NCBI GenBank assembly: GCA_965214095.1
Contig: OZ243938.1
Location: 800,001-864,000 of the forward strand
Source: Candidatus Poribacteria bacterium
GTDB taxonomy: Bacteria > Poribacteria > WGA-4E > WGA-3G
Length of the DNA: 64,000 nt
Direction of reading: 5' to 3'
The position numbers and the translations under genes are program-made. Numbering within the stretch: position 1 is the stretch's first letter; every line of letters begins with the position of its first letter. This document shows, piece by piece, positions 10,802 through 19,432 of the stretch. A model generated the notes under the pieces. It made no database searches, was not told the origin of the DNA, and saw only the letters and a list, made by a program, of their open reading frames with translations.

Positions 10802-12526
10802 TTATCCTTTGAATGTTTTTGTATTCAATAACTCACGGGCATGAGCGAGACCCACTTCAGTCTCGTTGCCGCCGTGCATACGCGCAATTTCTGTCACACG
10901 TTCAGCATCTGAAAGTGGTTTCGCAGTAATCAGAGTTCGTTCGCCTACTACATCTTTCTCAACAAGAAAATGTCTGTCAGCAAATCGTGCAATCTGTGGT
11001 AAATGTGTAATACAGATAACCTGAGCAGACTCCGATAATTCCTTCAATTTTTTTCCAACTACATCTGCAATTTTTCCACCTATGCCACTATCAATCTCAT
11101 CAAAAAGCAGCGTGGGAATGCTATCAACTTGAACTAATACGGTCTTTAATGCAAGCATGACACGGGATATCTCTCCGCCAGAAGCGATCCTTGCCAATGG
11201 ACGTAAATCTGAACCCACATTCGGAGCAATCAAGAACTCCACTTTATCCATCCCGTGCTCTCGATACACATACCGTTTCCCATCTATCCTAAGTACTCCA
11301 TTTTCATCTTCCTGAGGCTCCACAGATGTATGAAATTCTGCTTTTTCCATACCCAATTCTTGTAGCTCTTTTTCAACTAACTTTGATAGTTTTTCTGCAA
11401 CTTTTTTTCGTCTGTGAGATAATGCAACACACAAATCTGCTGCAATCAGTTGCATTTCCTTGATCTGTATTTGTAAATCATCTATCTTTTCTGAACCGAG
11501 TTCTAAGTTCTCTAACTTCTGCTCTGCATCCGACTGATACTCTATCATCTCAGCAACTGTATCACCATAACGACGTTTGAATTTTGAAATTAGATCCAAT
11601 CGATCTGTAACTTCGGTAAGTCGTGTAGGATTGAACTCTATGTTTTCCGCATACTCACGAATTTGTGATGCGATATCTTCAAGTTCATACAATGATGACT
11701 CTAACCGTTCACTCAATTCTGATAAACTTCCATCCATTTCAGATAATTTTGTGAATGTCTTGGCAGCATCCCTCAAGTTTTGTGTCACTGAGAGATTACC
11801 ACCTAAATCTGATCCACTATATCCACCTTGAGCATCACCATCAAGTTGTTCAAAAACGAGGTTAGCAGATTCATACAATTCCTCGGCATTGTTGAGTATA
11901 GATAACTCCTCAGTGAGTTTTTCCTCTTCTCCTTCCTGCAGTCCTGATGAAGCAAGTTCCTTAACCTCAAATTGAAGTAATTCCTTTTCGCGTTCTGATG
12001 TTTTCAAAGTATGTAAAAGAGAATCCACTTCTCTCTGCAAATCCAGCAAATGATGGTAATTTTTACTAACTTGTTGACGTTCTGTCTCTGTCTCCCCAAA
12101 ATCGTCCAACAATTCAAGATGAGTTTCCGTTCTAAATAAGGATTGATGTTCATGCTGTCCATGAATATCAACTAATATTGTTCCCAATTCTTCAAGTTGC
12201 TTTAAATTTGCTAATTTTCCGTTGATACGACACCGACTTCTACCATTTGAACTAATCTGTCTGGAAAGTACCAATGTATCATCATCTGTTTCCCCAATTG
12301 ATGGAAGCGGCATAGTAGGAGAAACGCCTATTTCCACTGATGCTGCATCAGTTCCCTCACGCACTATATCTGCGGATGTGCGTTCACCTAAAACCAATCC
12401 AACAGATTTGAGGATAACCGATTTTCCCGCGCCTGTTTCACCTGTAAAGATATTCAGTCCAGGTGATAATTCAAGTTGAAGTTCGTCAATAAGGGCAATA
12501 TTGCGGATAGAGATTACTTCTATCAC
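10802..12526 (-). CDS. recN: DNA repair protein RecN
   Basis: TGETGAGKS, DIHGQHEHQ, ASGGEISR, FDEIDSG, CITHLPQIA; GTG start at 12526 after SD AAGGA preferred. Confidence 0.95.
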   Translation of the reverse strand: MIEVISIRNIALIDELQLELSPGLNIFTGETGAGKSVILKSVGLVLGERTSADIVREGTDAASVEIGVSPTMPLPSIGETDDDTLVLSRQISSNGRSRCRINGKLANLKQLEELGTILVDIHGQHEHQSLFRTETHLELLDDFGETETERQQVSKNYHHLLDLQREVDSLLHTLKTSEREKELLQFEVKELASSGLQEGEEEKLTEELSILNNAEELYESANLVFEQLDGDAQGGYSGSDLGGNLSVTQNLRDAAKTFTKLSEMDGSLSELSERLESSLYELEDIASQIREYAENIEFNPTRLTEVTDRLDLISKFKRRYGDTVAEMIEYQSDAEQKLENLELGSEKIDDLQIQIKEMQLIAADLCVALSHRRKKVAEKLSKLVEKELQELGMEKAEFHTSVEPQEDENGVLRIDGKRYVYREHGMDKVEFLIAPNVGSDLRPLARIASGGEISRVMLALKTVLVQVDSIPTLLFDEIDSGIGGKIADVVGKKLKELSESAQVICITHLPQIARFADRHFLVEKDVVGERTLITAKPLSDAERVTEIARMHGGNETEVGLAHARELLNTKTFKG

Positions 12527-12619
12527 TGGTTTTTCCTTGTTGCTTGTGCTGCACAATCCTACTTACAAGGTGTAACAATGTTTCCAACCATAGGATAGTA
12601 AATTAGTATCACTCTCAAC

Positions 12620-13483
12620 TTATTTGAACCTTTCTCCCAACATGAGTTTCTCACGCAATGCTTTATAGTAACTATGACTTTGTGATCGTATAAGTTGTAT
12701 AGTTCGATTTGCCTTTTGAACTTTTATTTCTGCTTGTCTTGTAAGTGTGTGTGTTTCGCGTTGTCCATCAATAAAGAGGTCCAAACTTTCATAAGTGGAA
12801 TGCATTTCTACCTTTATCTCGGCATCACCGTTGGCAATAAACGGACGCACTGTAAGACTATGCGGTGCAATAGGTGTTAACAATATCGCTTCCAACTGGG
12901 GGGCAACAATCGTACCACCACATGCCAGCGAATACCCGGTTGAACCACTCGGTGTAGCAATGATCAATCCATCTGCATTATACGGAATAAAGAGTTCACC
13001 ATCAATATAAACGTCCAATTCTATTAGTCGTGTGTAGTGCCTTATGACAACATCATTCAAAGCATAAGCATGAAACGGATGAGGACTCTGACTGTTCACA
13101 AAAACTTCCAGCATCATCCGATGCTCTATGCGATAGTCCCCTCGCAATGTAGCCTGTAAAGCCGGTTTCAGTTCATCCAAGGAAGCATCTGTCAAAAAAC
13201 CTAAGTTTCCTATGTTAATAGCAAGGATCGGAACATTCTCAATCTTCGGCGTATGTGCTGCACTAAGAAGTGTGCCATCTCCGCCAAGTACAAGCATCAA
13301 ATCAACTATTTCAACCATCTCTGTTGTGTCAATTCCATTTCGTGGAATGCCAAGTGCATGTGCTTGTTCATCAGGAACTATCGGTTCAACACCTGCTTTT
13401 TTGAGCAATTCCGACACTTCAGAAACAACTTGTTGGGCATGTTCCTTACCGGTATGGACAAAAAATCCGACCTTTTTCGTCAT
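12620..13483 (-). CDS. nadK: NAD(+) kinase
   Basis: GGDGT, GNLGFL, LND, DGLIIATPSGSTGYSL; start MTKK at 13483 (SD GGAGG, ATGA overlap with upstream gene); classic nadK-recN adjacency. Confidence 0.95.
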   Translation of the reverse strand: MTKKVGFFVHTGKEHAQQVVSEVSELLKKAGVEPIVPDEQAHALGIPRNGIDTTEMVEIVDLMLVLGGDGTLLSAAHTPKIENVPILAINIGNLGFLTDASLDELKPALQATLRGDYRIEHRMMLEVFVNSQSPHPFHAYALNDVVIRHYTRLIELDVYIDGELFIPYNADGLIIATPSGSTGYSLACGGTIVAPQLEAILLTPIAPHSLTVRPFIANGDAEIKVEMHSTYESLDLFIDGQRETHTLTRQAEIKVQKANRTIQLIRSQSHSYYKALREKLMLGERFK

Positions 13484-14478
13484 CCAGCCTCCTTCTCTAA
13501 TCGGGAAAACCCCAAAATAATAGCACACCCAACCGAAAAGACACATACAGTGATAGTTAAATTCATATCAAGTTGAGGAAGAATATGTGCAGTATCATAA
13601 CGTTTGTCCCCAACCATCAGATAATCCCGAAACGGCCACAAACCATATAATGAACCGAACATCAGACCAATAAGAAACGAAATTGTAAGATTACGATATC
13701 GTTCTAATAGAAACTTGAGCAACCTTGTGAATACCAAAATCCCGAATATGCAACCAAATGCAAAGAATGTGAGAATTAACAGTTGACTCAGAAATAGTTG
13801 TGTAATTTCTCCCGACAATAATGTTGGTATACCATCAATAAAATCCTTAATCAAACCTAAGAGCGGAAAATAGAAACCGAATGCAAGTAATAAAAACGAT
13901 CCGCTGACACCGGGAAGAATCATCGCTGAAATAGCAATTGCACCACATGCAAAAAATGTGAGAATCGTAAGAATCGAAAGTTCTACAACTTCGTCTGCCT
14001 CCGAAGTCACAATCGCAGCATCCTTTTTCAACTCTTCTATGAAAACAATAAAAGTCCCTGCAACCAACAATATGATCAGTTCACGCCAACTGAATCCGCG
14101 TAACATACGCAGTGGTATGATTATGGACGTTAGCACCAACCCAAAAAAGAATCCATAAGTTGCATCATGTTGTGAATCCAATAGGTAGACTATCAACTTT
14201 GTTGATACCAACACCGCTGCAACAGCACCAACACCTAAAACCATCAGAAATCCAAAATCAATGCGGCTTAGTTCTGTCCGTAATTTGTCAACAGCACTTT
14301 TTTGAAATGTCAATACTCTCAACAAACTTGTTACTGTTTGAAGTCCAATGTTTCGTAACGCAGTGATCAATCGTTCATAAATGCCTAAAACGAGGGCAAG
14401 TGTTCCTCCACTCATACCCGGAATAATGTTCGCAATACCAATCAAGAAGCCATTTACAAATAGGCGAATTATGTTCAT
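13480..14478 (-). CDS. DUF368 family membrane protein (putative undecaprenyl-phosphate translocase)
   Basis: IIPGMSGGT and AMILPGVSGS repeats, multi-TM. Confidence 0.9.
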   Translation of the reverse strand: MNIIRLFVNGFLIGIANIIPGMSGGTLALVLGIYERLITALRNIGLQTVTSLLRVLTFQKSAVDKLRTELSRIDFGFLMVLGVGAVAAVLVSTKLIVYLLDSQHDATYGFFFGLVLTSIIIPLRMLRGFSWRELIILLVAGTFIVFIEELKKDAAIVTSEADEVVELSILTILTFFACGAIAISAMILPGVSGSFLLLAFGFYFPLLGLIKDFIDGIPTLLSGEITQLFLSQLLILTFFAFGCIFGILVFTRLLKFLLERYRNLTISFLIGLMFGSLYGLWPFRDYLMVGDKRYDTAHILPQLDMNLTITVCVFSVGCAIILGFSRLEKEAG

Positions 14479-14577
14479 ATATTAAGTTGAACTATCTACA
14501 ATTTGGAATATACACTATTGTGCCTTGTCAAAAATTATACTACAAAACCATATCTATGTCAACCGTTTATGAAACTG

Positions 14578-14710
14578 TGGGTGTGTAAAGTTCTTGGCAA
14601 AATGGACACAGACATCCTGTAAGAGGGATCTCCGAATCGTGAACTGTCGGGAATCGGAGTTCCCTCGGACAATGAATTTGGCGGTTAATGTCGAAAACTT
14701 TACATACCCA
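14578..14710. mobile_element. MITE-like element with REP-doublet cargo
   Basis: Imperfect ~22-bp TIR TGGGTGTGTAAAGTTCTTGGCA / TGTCGAAAACTTTACATACCCA; internal degenerate inverted pair GAGGGATCTCCGA..TCGGAGTTCCCTC. Confidence 0.6.
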
Positions 14711-14991
14711 TTTGGAACAGTATCTGAAATTATTGTTGCGTATGTCATGAATGTTTGCATTAATTGCATTAATTACTGCTATAATTTGGATTTATTTATA
14801 AAAAAACCTTCGCGAAAAAATAGAGTTAGATTCAGTCATAATAAGAGATTATCAATGAGCTGGGTGTACTTCTGCGAGTTATACCAAATTAATCCGATTT
14901 GTAGTGCATGGAAAATAATTGATGCGAACATTTCTGAGTATTTGAGGAAATAAAAACGCAAGACTTGCCAATGTGTACTGTCAGTTTACTA

Positions 14992-15153
14992 TATTAACCC
15001 AAGTTGCTACCTATAAGTTTTTAGACATGTGGATACCGTATTTTTCAATAATAAGGCATTATTCTAGAAATTTTGTAGCGTCCACTGCTAGTTTGCATAT
15101 TCACAGGCACAATCTAGCAGATTATGCTACATAGGTGGCAACTTGGGGTAATA
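14992..15153. mobile_element. MITE-like element with GTAG..CTAC cargo
   Basis: 22-bp TIR TATTAACCCAAGTTGCTACCTA / TAGGTGGCAACTTGGGGTAATA (2 mismatches); internal TGTAGC..CTGCTAG..CTAGCAG..GCTACA at 15074-15131. Confidence 0.65.
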
Positions 15154-15566
15154 TAATACCAATTTTTCAGTATATCTATAAAACCTGAAGATACTACCAC
15201 CACGCATTTGCATGGCTTCTGATCTGGATAAGCGTGTCTGGCCGATTTCGTTAGCATATTTGAGTAGTAGTTCTTGAACTGCGGATCGTTCAGACAAAAT
15301 CGTTTCCAAATGTCAATTAAGGTTTTAGTCCATAATTTTATAAAGTTAAGACAAGTTTTGTTCAAATTCAAAATAAATAAAGCAATAGTAAATTAATATT
15401 ATACATGAGAATGATACTTAATATCAACAACAACTAAAGATACTGAATCTCAATATCATAATATATTACTAATGTAATACAAATGTTTTCTATTCGTGAC
15501 TTATTATCATTACGTTAAATTATCAGGCAGTCATCATATTTGAGTCATAAAATTCACAATTGATTC

Positions 15567-15713
15567 TTGTCTGAACTTAGGATTTTCAGGATTATGAGTT
15601 TAGCTCTGCAAAGTTCCTATTCCCAGCTTGACGTTTATGCTCTGACTAGCACCCTGACGTTTCAGACTCTTATCCTGGAAATCTGTCAATCCTGAAAATC
15701 CTGGTTCAGACAA
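15567..15713. repeat. Inverted-repeat-bounded small element
   Basis: TTGTCTGAACTTAGGATTTTCAGGATT / AATCCTGAAAATCCTGGTTCAGACAA, ~26-bp near-perfect inverted repeat. Confidence 0.7.
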
Positions 15714-15806
15714 ATAGGAATACAAACCCAAAATTAATTTAACGCTTGTGAACAATATTGACCAAAATACCTAAAACGAAATAACCCACGGAAAAACACA
15801 TTTATA

Positions 15807-15837
15807 TTGACTTATGCCTATAATATTATGATAAAAT
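15807..15837 (+). promoter_or_regulatory. Putative sigma70 promoter of nucleoside hydrolase
   Basis: TTGACT and extended -10 TGaTAAAAT, about 40 nt upstream of ATG; -35/-10 spacing is long (19 nt). Confidence 0.4.
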
Positions 15838-15878
15838 AGATCACTATCTAAATTCATAACATAAGGGCAATAGAACTG

Positions 15879-16796
15879 ATGAAATACCCAATTCTATCTG
15901 AATCAAGACGTATAGAGATGCTGCAACCGCCACAAGGTCGTGTCAGAATGGTTCTTGACACAGATACATATAATGAAATTGACGATCAATTTGCTGTCGT
16001 TCACGCCATTCTATCACCAAAAGAACTAAACCTTGAAGCAATCTATGCTACACCATTTCACAACAACCGTTCAACAGGACCTGAAGATGGTATGGAAAAG
16101 AGTTATGACGAGATTCTAAGACTGTTAGATTTCCTTCAGGTCAAATCCGAAAACTTTGTATATAAGGGTTCACGAGGCTTCCTGACTGATGGTGAAACCC
16201 CATTACAGAGTGAAACAGCAAGTGATATGGTTGAACGCGCTATGGATGGTTCAGATGAACCTCTATATGTTGTTGCAGTTGGCGCAATAACGAATGTGGC
16301 ATCAGCGATAATGCTCGAACCTGAAATTATCAATAATATAGTTGTAGTATGGCTTGGAGGCAACCCACATTATTGGTCTCATACACGAGAATTTAACCTT
16401 GCACAGGACGTACACGCTGCACGGGTTGTGCTTGATAGCGGCGTGCCATTTGTCCATTTACCTGCGCGCGGGGTTGTTTCACATCTGTTAACTACTGTGT
16501 CTGAGATGGAACGTTATGTCCAAGGACAAGGGAAAATTGGTGATTACCTGGTACAAATATTCAAAGATTATCATAAAGACCACTTCGGTTGGTCAAAAGT
16601 GATATGGGATATATCTGCAACAGCGTATCTTGTCAATAGTAGTTGGGTACCAACGGACATAGTTCATAGTCCGATTCTGACTGATGTTGTAACGTGGAGT
16701 TTTGACAACAGCCGACACCTCATGCGTGTTGCTACAAGTGTTAATCGTGATGCAATCTTCAGAGACTTATTCCAAAAGTTACAACAAGCGGAATAG
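15879..16796 (+). CDS. Nucleoside hydrolase (IUNH family)
   Basis: DTDTYNEIDD, GAITNVA, WLGG, EFNLAQD..AA, IWD motifs. Confidence 0.9.
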   Translation: MKYPILSESRRIEMLQPPQGRVRMVLDTDTYNEIDDQFAVVHAILSPKELNLEAIYATPFHNNRSTGPEDGMEKSYDEILRLLDFLQVKSENFVYKGSRGFLTDGETPLQSETASDMVERAMDGSDEPLYVVAVGAITNVASAIMLEPEIINNIVVVWLGGNPHYWSHTREFNLAQDVHAARVVLDSGVPFVHLPARGVVSHLLTTVSEMERYVQGQGKIGDYLVQIFKDYHKDHFGWSKVIWDISATAYLVNSSWVPTDIVHSPILTDVVTWSFDNSRHLMRVATSVNRDAIFRDLFQKLQQAE

Positions 16797-16805
16797 TCGA
16801 GTCAG

Positions 16806-17209
16806 ATTAGAAGGGTAGATGCCATTCGTCTCCGTAAATAATCTCTTCTCGGGAAATGCCTTCTTATGACTACCGGTTTTAACTGAAGATAACCTTGTTG
16901 GTGCGGATGGTCGTATTTCAATACAAACATACATATCAATATATCTTGAAACAGAAAAACCACCAAACTGTGATGTCTGGTGGCAATTTCTGCGGTTGCG
17001 TAGTTTTTTTCAACTACACGGTGTTAGTCCCAAAAGATTGAGTAGCCAACCTCGGGACGTGTGATATTCCGCAGGATTCTGAAATGGGAATAGGAATCCT
17101 CTATATCATGCTGGATTATCTCAATCTCATCTCCTATTTTTACGGTAACCTCCCCGTTCGCATCAAAAAATGGACGGTACATCTGTGTCAAAAATCTTGT
17201 AAGTTGCAA
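16806..17209 (-). pseudogene. Possible degraded gene fragment
   Basis: 61-aa ORF followed by a further ~67-codon open stretch in another frame (KKLRNRRNCHQ...DEWHLPF*) near an A7 run; no family recognised. Confidence 0.2.
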
Positions 17210-17372
17210 CTTGGATTAAGAGACATTGTAATAAGTAATCATATAAAAGTCAATACAATTGTATGTTGTATTATACTATTATATTAGTTTAACATGACTT
17301 TTATTGTAAAATGGGATATATTGAATGTTCTGGTTGTCAACATGTTCGCCAGTTAGGGAAAACCTTCAATAT

Positions 17373-17475
17373 TATGGTAAATTATTGAATTAATTCTACA
17401 CATTGATCAGGCGAGGTTAGGAAACCTCACCTACTGTTGATAGAAAGTGTAGATATAATTATATGCTTCACCATA
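17373..17475. mobile_element. MITE-like element with REP hairpin
   Basis: Imperfect 29-bp TIR TATGGTAAATTATTGAATTAATTCTACAC / GTGTAGATATAATTATATGCTTCACCATA; internal AGGCGAGGTTAGGAAACCTCACCTAC at 17409-17434. Confidence 0.65.
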
Positions 17476-17512
17476 TATAGCATAAAATCTGATATTCAAA
17501 AGGATAAACAAA

Positions 17513-18022
17513 ATGAAAACAGAAAAATATATAACACTGATCTTATTGCTCACCTGTCTTGCCGTCAATAACACAATCGCTCAAAACGAACTTACTGATA
17601 TACAATCTCAAGCAAAAACTGATGCACTTTGGGACTTAGATGCTCAAAAATGGTTCCAAATTGGGATGTGCTTTTCTTCTGTCGGTATCTCATCTGGCTG
17701 CGTTGTTTCGATGTTGACCGCGACTGATAGTGGCAGTTCGGGTGGTTTGGACTTTGGAATTCCTGAACCAAACCTGATCGGATTCGCTGTAACTGCTCTG
17801 GGGGTTGCTGCCTTATCAAATTTAGGCGTTGCTGGTGCTAGTGCATCTGTGCCACCTGAACGGTTATTAGGTCTGCCTGCATCAGATATAGAAACATACT
17901 CAAAAACATATATAGATACCGTCAATGATAAACGTATAAAATACTCGTTATATGGCACTGGTGCTACGTGCTTGGGTGTGAGTGTTATTTCAATGATAAT
18001 TGCACTTTCGAGTTATCAATAG
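17513..18022 (+). CDS. Hypothetical secreted/membrane protein (paralog of 24898-25419)
   Basis: Signal peptide; A..DA..D, PPERLLG....YSKTY motif shared with paralog; SD AAGGA. Confidence 0.7.
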   Translation: MKTEKYITLILLLTCLAVNNTIAQNELTDIQSQAKTDALWDLDAQKWFQIGMCFSSVGISSGCVVSMLTATDSGSSGGLDFGIPEPNLIGFAVTALGVAALSNLGVAGASASVPPERLLGLPASDIETYSKTYIDTVNDKRIKYSLYGTGATCLGVSVISMIIALSSYQ

Positions 18023-18309
18023 AAAAATAGTGTCGTCAATCAAGCTCTGTCGTGTCGTCAACGAAGTTGGCTCACGGCTCTTTGTTTTAATCGGTTGAGT
18101 GTGGTATTCATCTAAAATCTCTGTATCGACAAAACATATTTACATATTTTCTTACACATTTATGGATATAATATATTTTTGTCGGTAAGTTTCTGGTGTT
18201 TAATATGGGTTACTCTCACGGATCTATTAGTCATAATCAACGAAATAAGGGCGGGTCTGCACCTCAACTGAAAAGGGGTAAAGATTTGATACTTGATACA
18301 ACAGAAGTA

Positions 18310-18445
18310 ATACCAATTCTAATAGATAAGGTATCATTGTGCATTTGTAGGTTTATCTTCAATTGCTGAATGTCCGAGGCGCAATGAATTGCGCGACTAC
18401 ATACACCTATTTTGATAATGAGAAGTTTTTATTTAGAATTGGTAT
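18310..18445. mobile_element. MITE-like element with REP cargo
   Basis: 12-bp perfect TIR ATACCAATTCTA / TAGAATTGGTAT; internal GTAG(18347)...GCGCAATGAATTGCGCGACTAC(18400). Confidence 0.65.
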
Positions 18446-18570
18446 AAGCAATATTAAATAATAATCTTCCGATTTTTTTTCGGCAGATGATGCCACCGAG
18501 TTCGTAGGGGCGCGGGTTCCCCGCCCGCTATCAATGGACAATGTGCAAATTTAATATTGAAACTTGCTTA
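18445..18570. mobile_element. MITE-like element with REP hairpin, abutting previous element
   Basis: Ends TAAGCAATATTAAAT / ATTTAATATTGAAACTTGCTTA (7-nt indel); internal GTAGGGGCGCGGGTTCCCCGCCC from 18504. Confidence 0.55.
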
Positions 18571-18688
18571 GTGAAATGTAAAACCCGTGCACACTCCAGC
18601 ATCACGTCCTAAAATAACACCAACCTACGCGAAAACACTCGTATCCGCTTAATCAGAGATTCTGAAGTCTGCACATTAGATAAAGAAC

Positions 18689-18718
18689 TTGAAAAAGAAC
18701 CTTCCCACCTGCTAAAAT
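18689..18718 (+). promoter_or_regulatory. Putative sigma70 promoter of 18797-22331 pair
   Basis: TTGAAA-18nt-TAAAAT with extended TG. Confidence 0.4.
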
Positions 18719-18796
18719 ATACATTATCAACAAACTGTCACAGAAATAAAAAACACCAATATCCATACCACTGTATTTTTCAAAAGAAAACAAATA

Positions 18797-19432
18797 ATGC
18801 TCACAGAAAATCAACAAACTGTCTATGATTGGATAAACGATGAACTTGAACTACCGGTATATGCAGAAGCATATAAAGGAGCAATAGAGCAGCTAAACAA
18901 CAAATCATCTGGTTACATTACTTTTGTATCACACACTGGAAGGGATATTATGAATGGACTTGTTCCAGCTTCGCAACACAATAAGCGGGAGCAGGTTCAG
19001 TACGTCCAACTCGTGGACGAGTTCAATGACGATTGGAAAGATGAGTGGGGAGGAGATGGATTTCATCCACCAGATAACTTTCCAAAAACACATTCAATCC
19101 CTAATGAAATCTGTCAAAAAATAAAACAACTGGTTGATGACCACAAAGAAGGTCGTCTCAGAGCTGAAAAAATAGACAGTTCTTTCTTCACTACTTTTTT
19201 GAATTATGAAAATAAAGAAAGTATTCCAATGGACTTATCCCAGGAATGGCAGCGCGCAAGACTCTGGTTTATAGATCATGCACATCTATTGAATAGGGAT
19301 TTTGAGGAACAGGAAATTGATGAAGTCGAAGAGTACTTTCAATACCTTAATAATCTTTTACATAAAGCTGCAGAAAGTCTTATTGAACAGCTAAGGAGTA
19401 TAGATGAAATCTTGGACAGAGCCAACCGATGA
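18797..19432 (+). CDS. Hypothetical alpha-helical protein, HEPN-like (candidate effector)
   Basis: YKGA...SHTGRD and R.RLWFIDHAH motifs in a helical-looking 211-aa protein; fold assignment is inference. Confidence 0.55.
   Translation: MLTENQQTVYDWINDELELPVYAEAYKGAIEQLNNKSSGYITFVSHTGRDIMNGLVPASQHNKREQVQYVQLVDEFNDDWKDEWGGDGFHPPDNFPKTHSIPNEICQKIKQLVDDHKEGRLRAEKIDSSFFTTFLNYENKESIPMDLSQEWQRARLWFIDHAHLLNRDFEEQEIDEVEEYFQYLNNLLHKAAESLIEQLRSIDEILDRANR

Noticed and set aside
14554-15371. Short ORFs in the DUF368 to nucleoside hydrolase gap
   Set aside because: They overlap MITE-like elements and show no recognisable motifs
14480-18790. CRISPR or other regularly spaced repeat array
   Set aside because: Only inverted repeats and hairpins found; no direct repeats with constant spacing and no cas genes
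19404-19432. Programmed frameshift or sequencing error fusing the 211-aa and 975-aa ORFs
   Set aside because: No slippery run seen, and the downstream ORF has its own well-spaced SD and ATG
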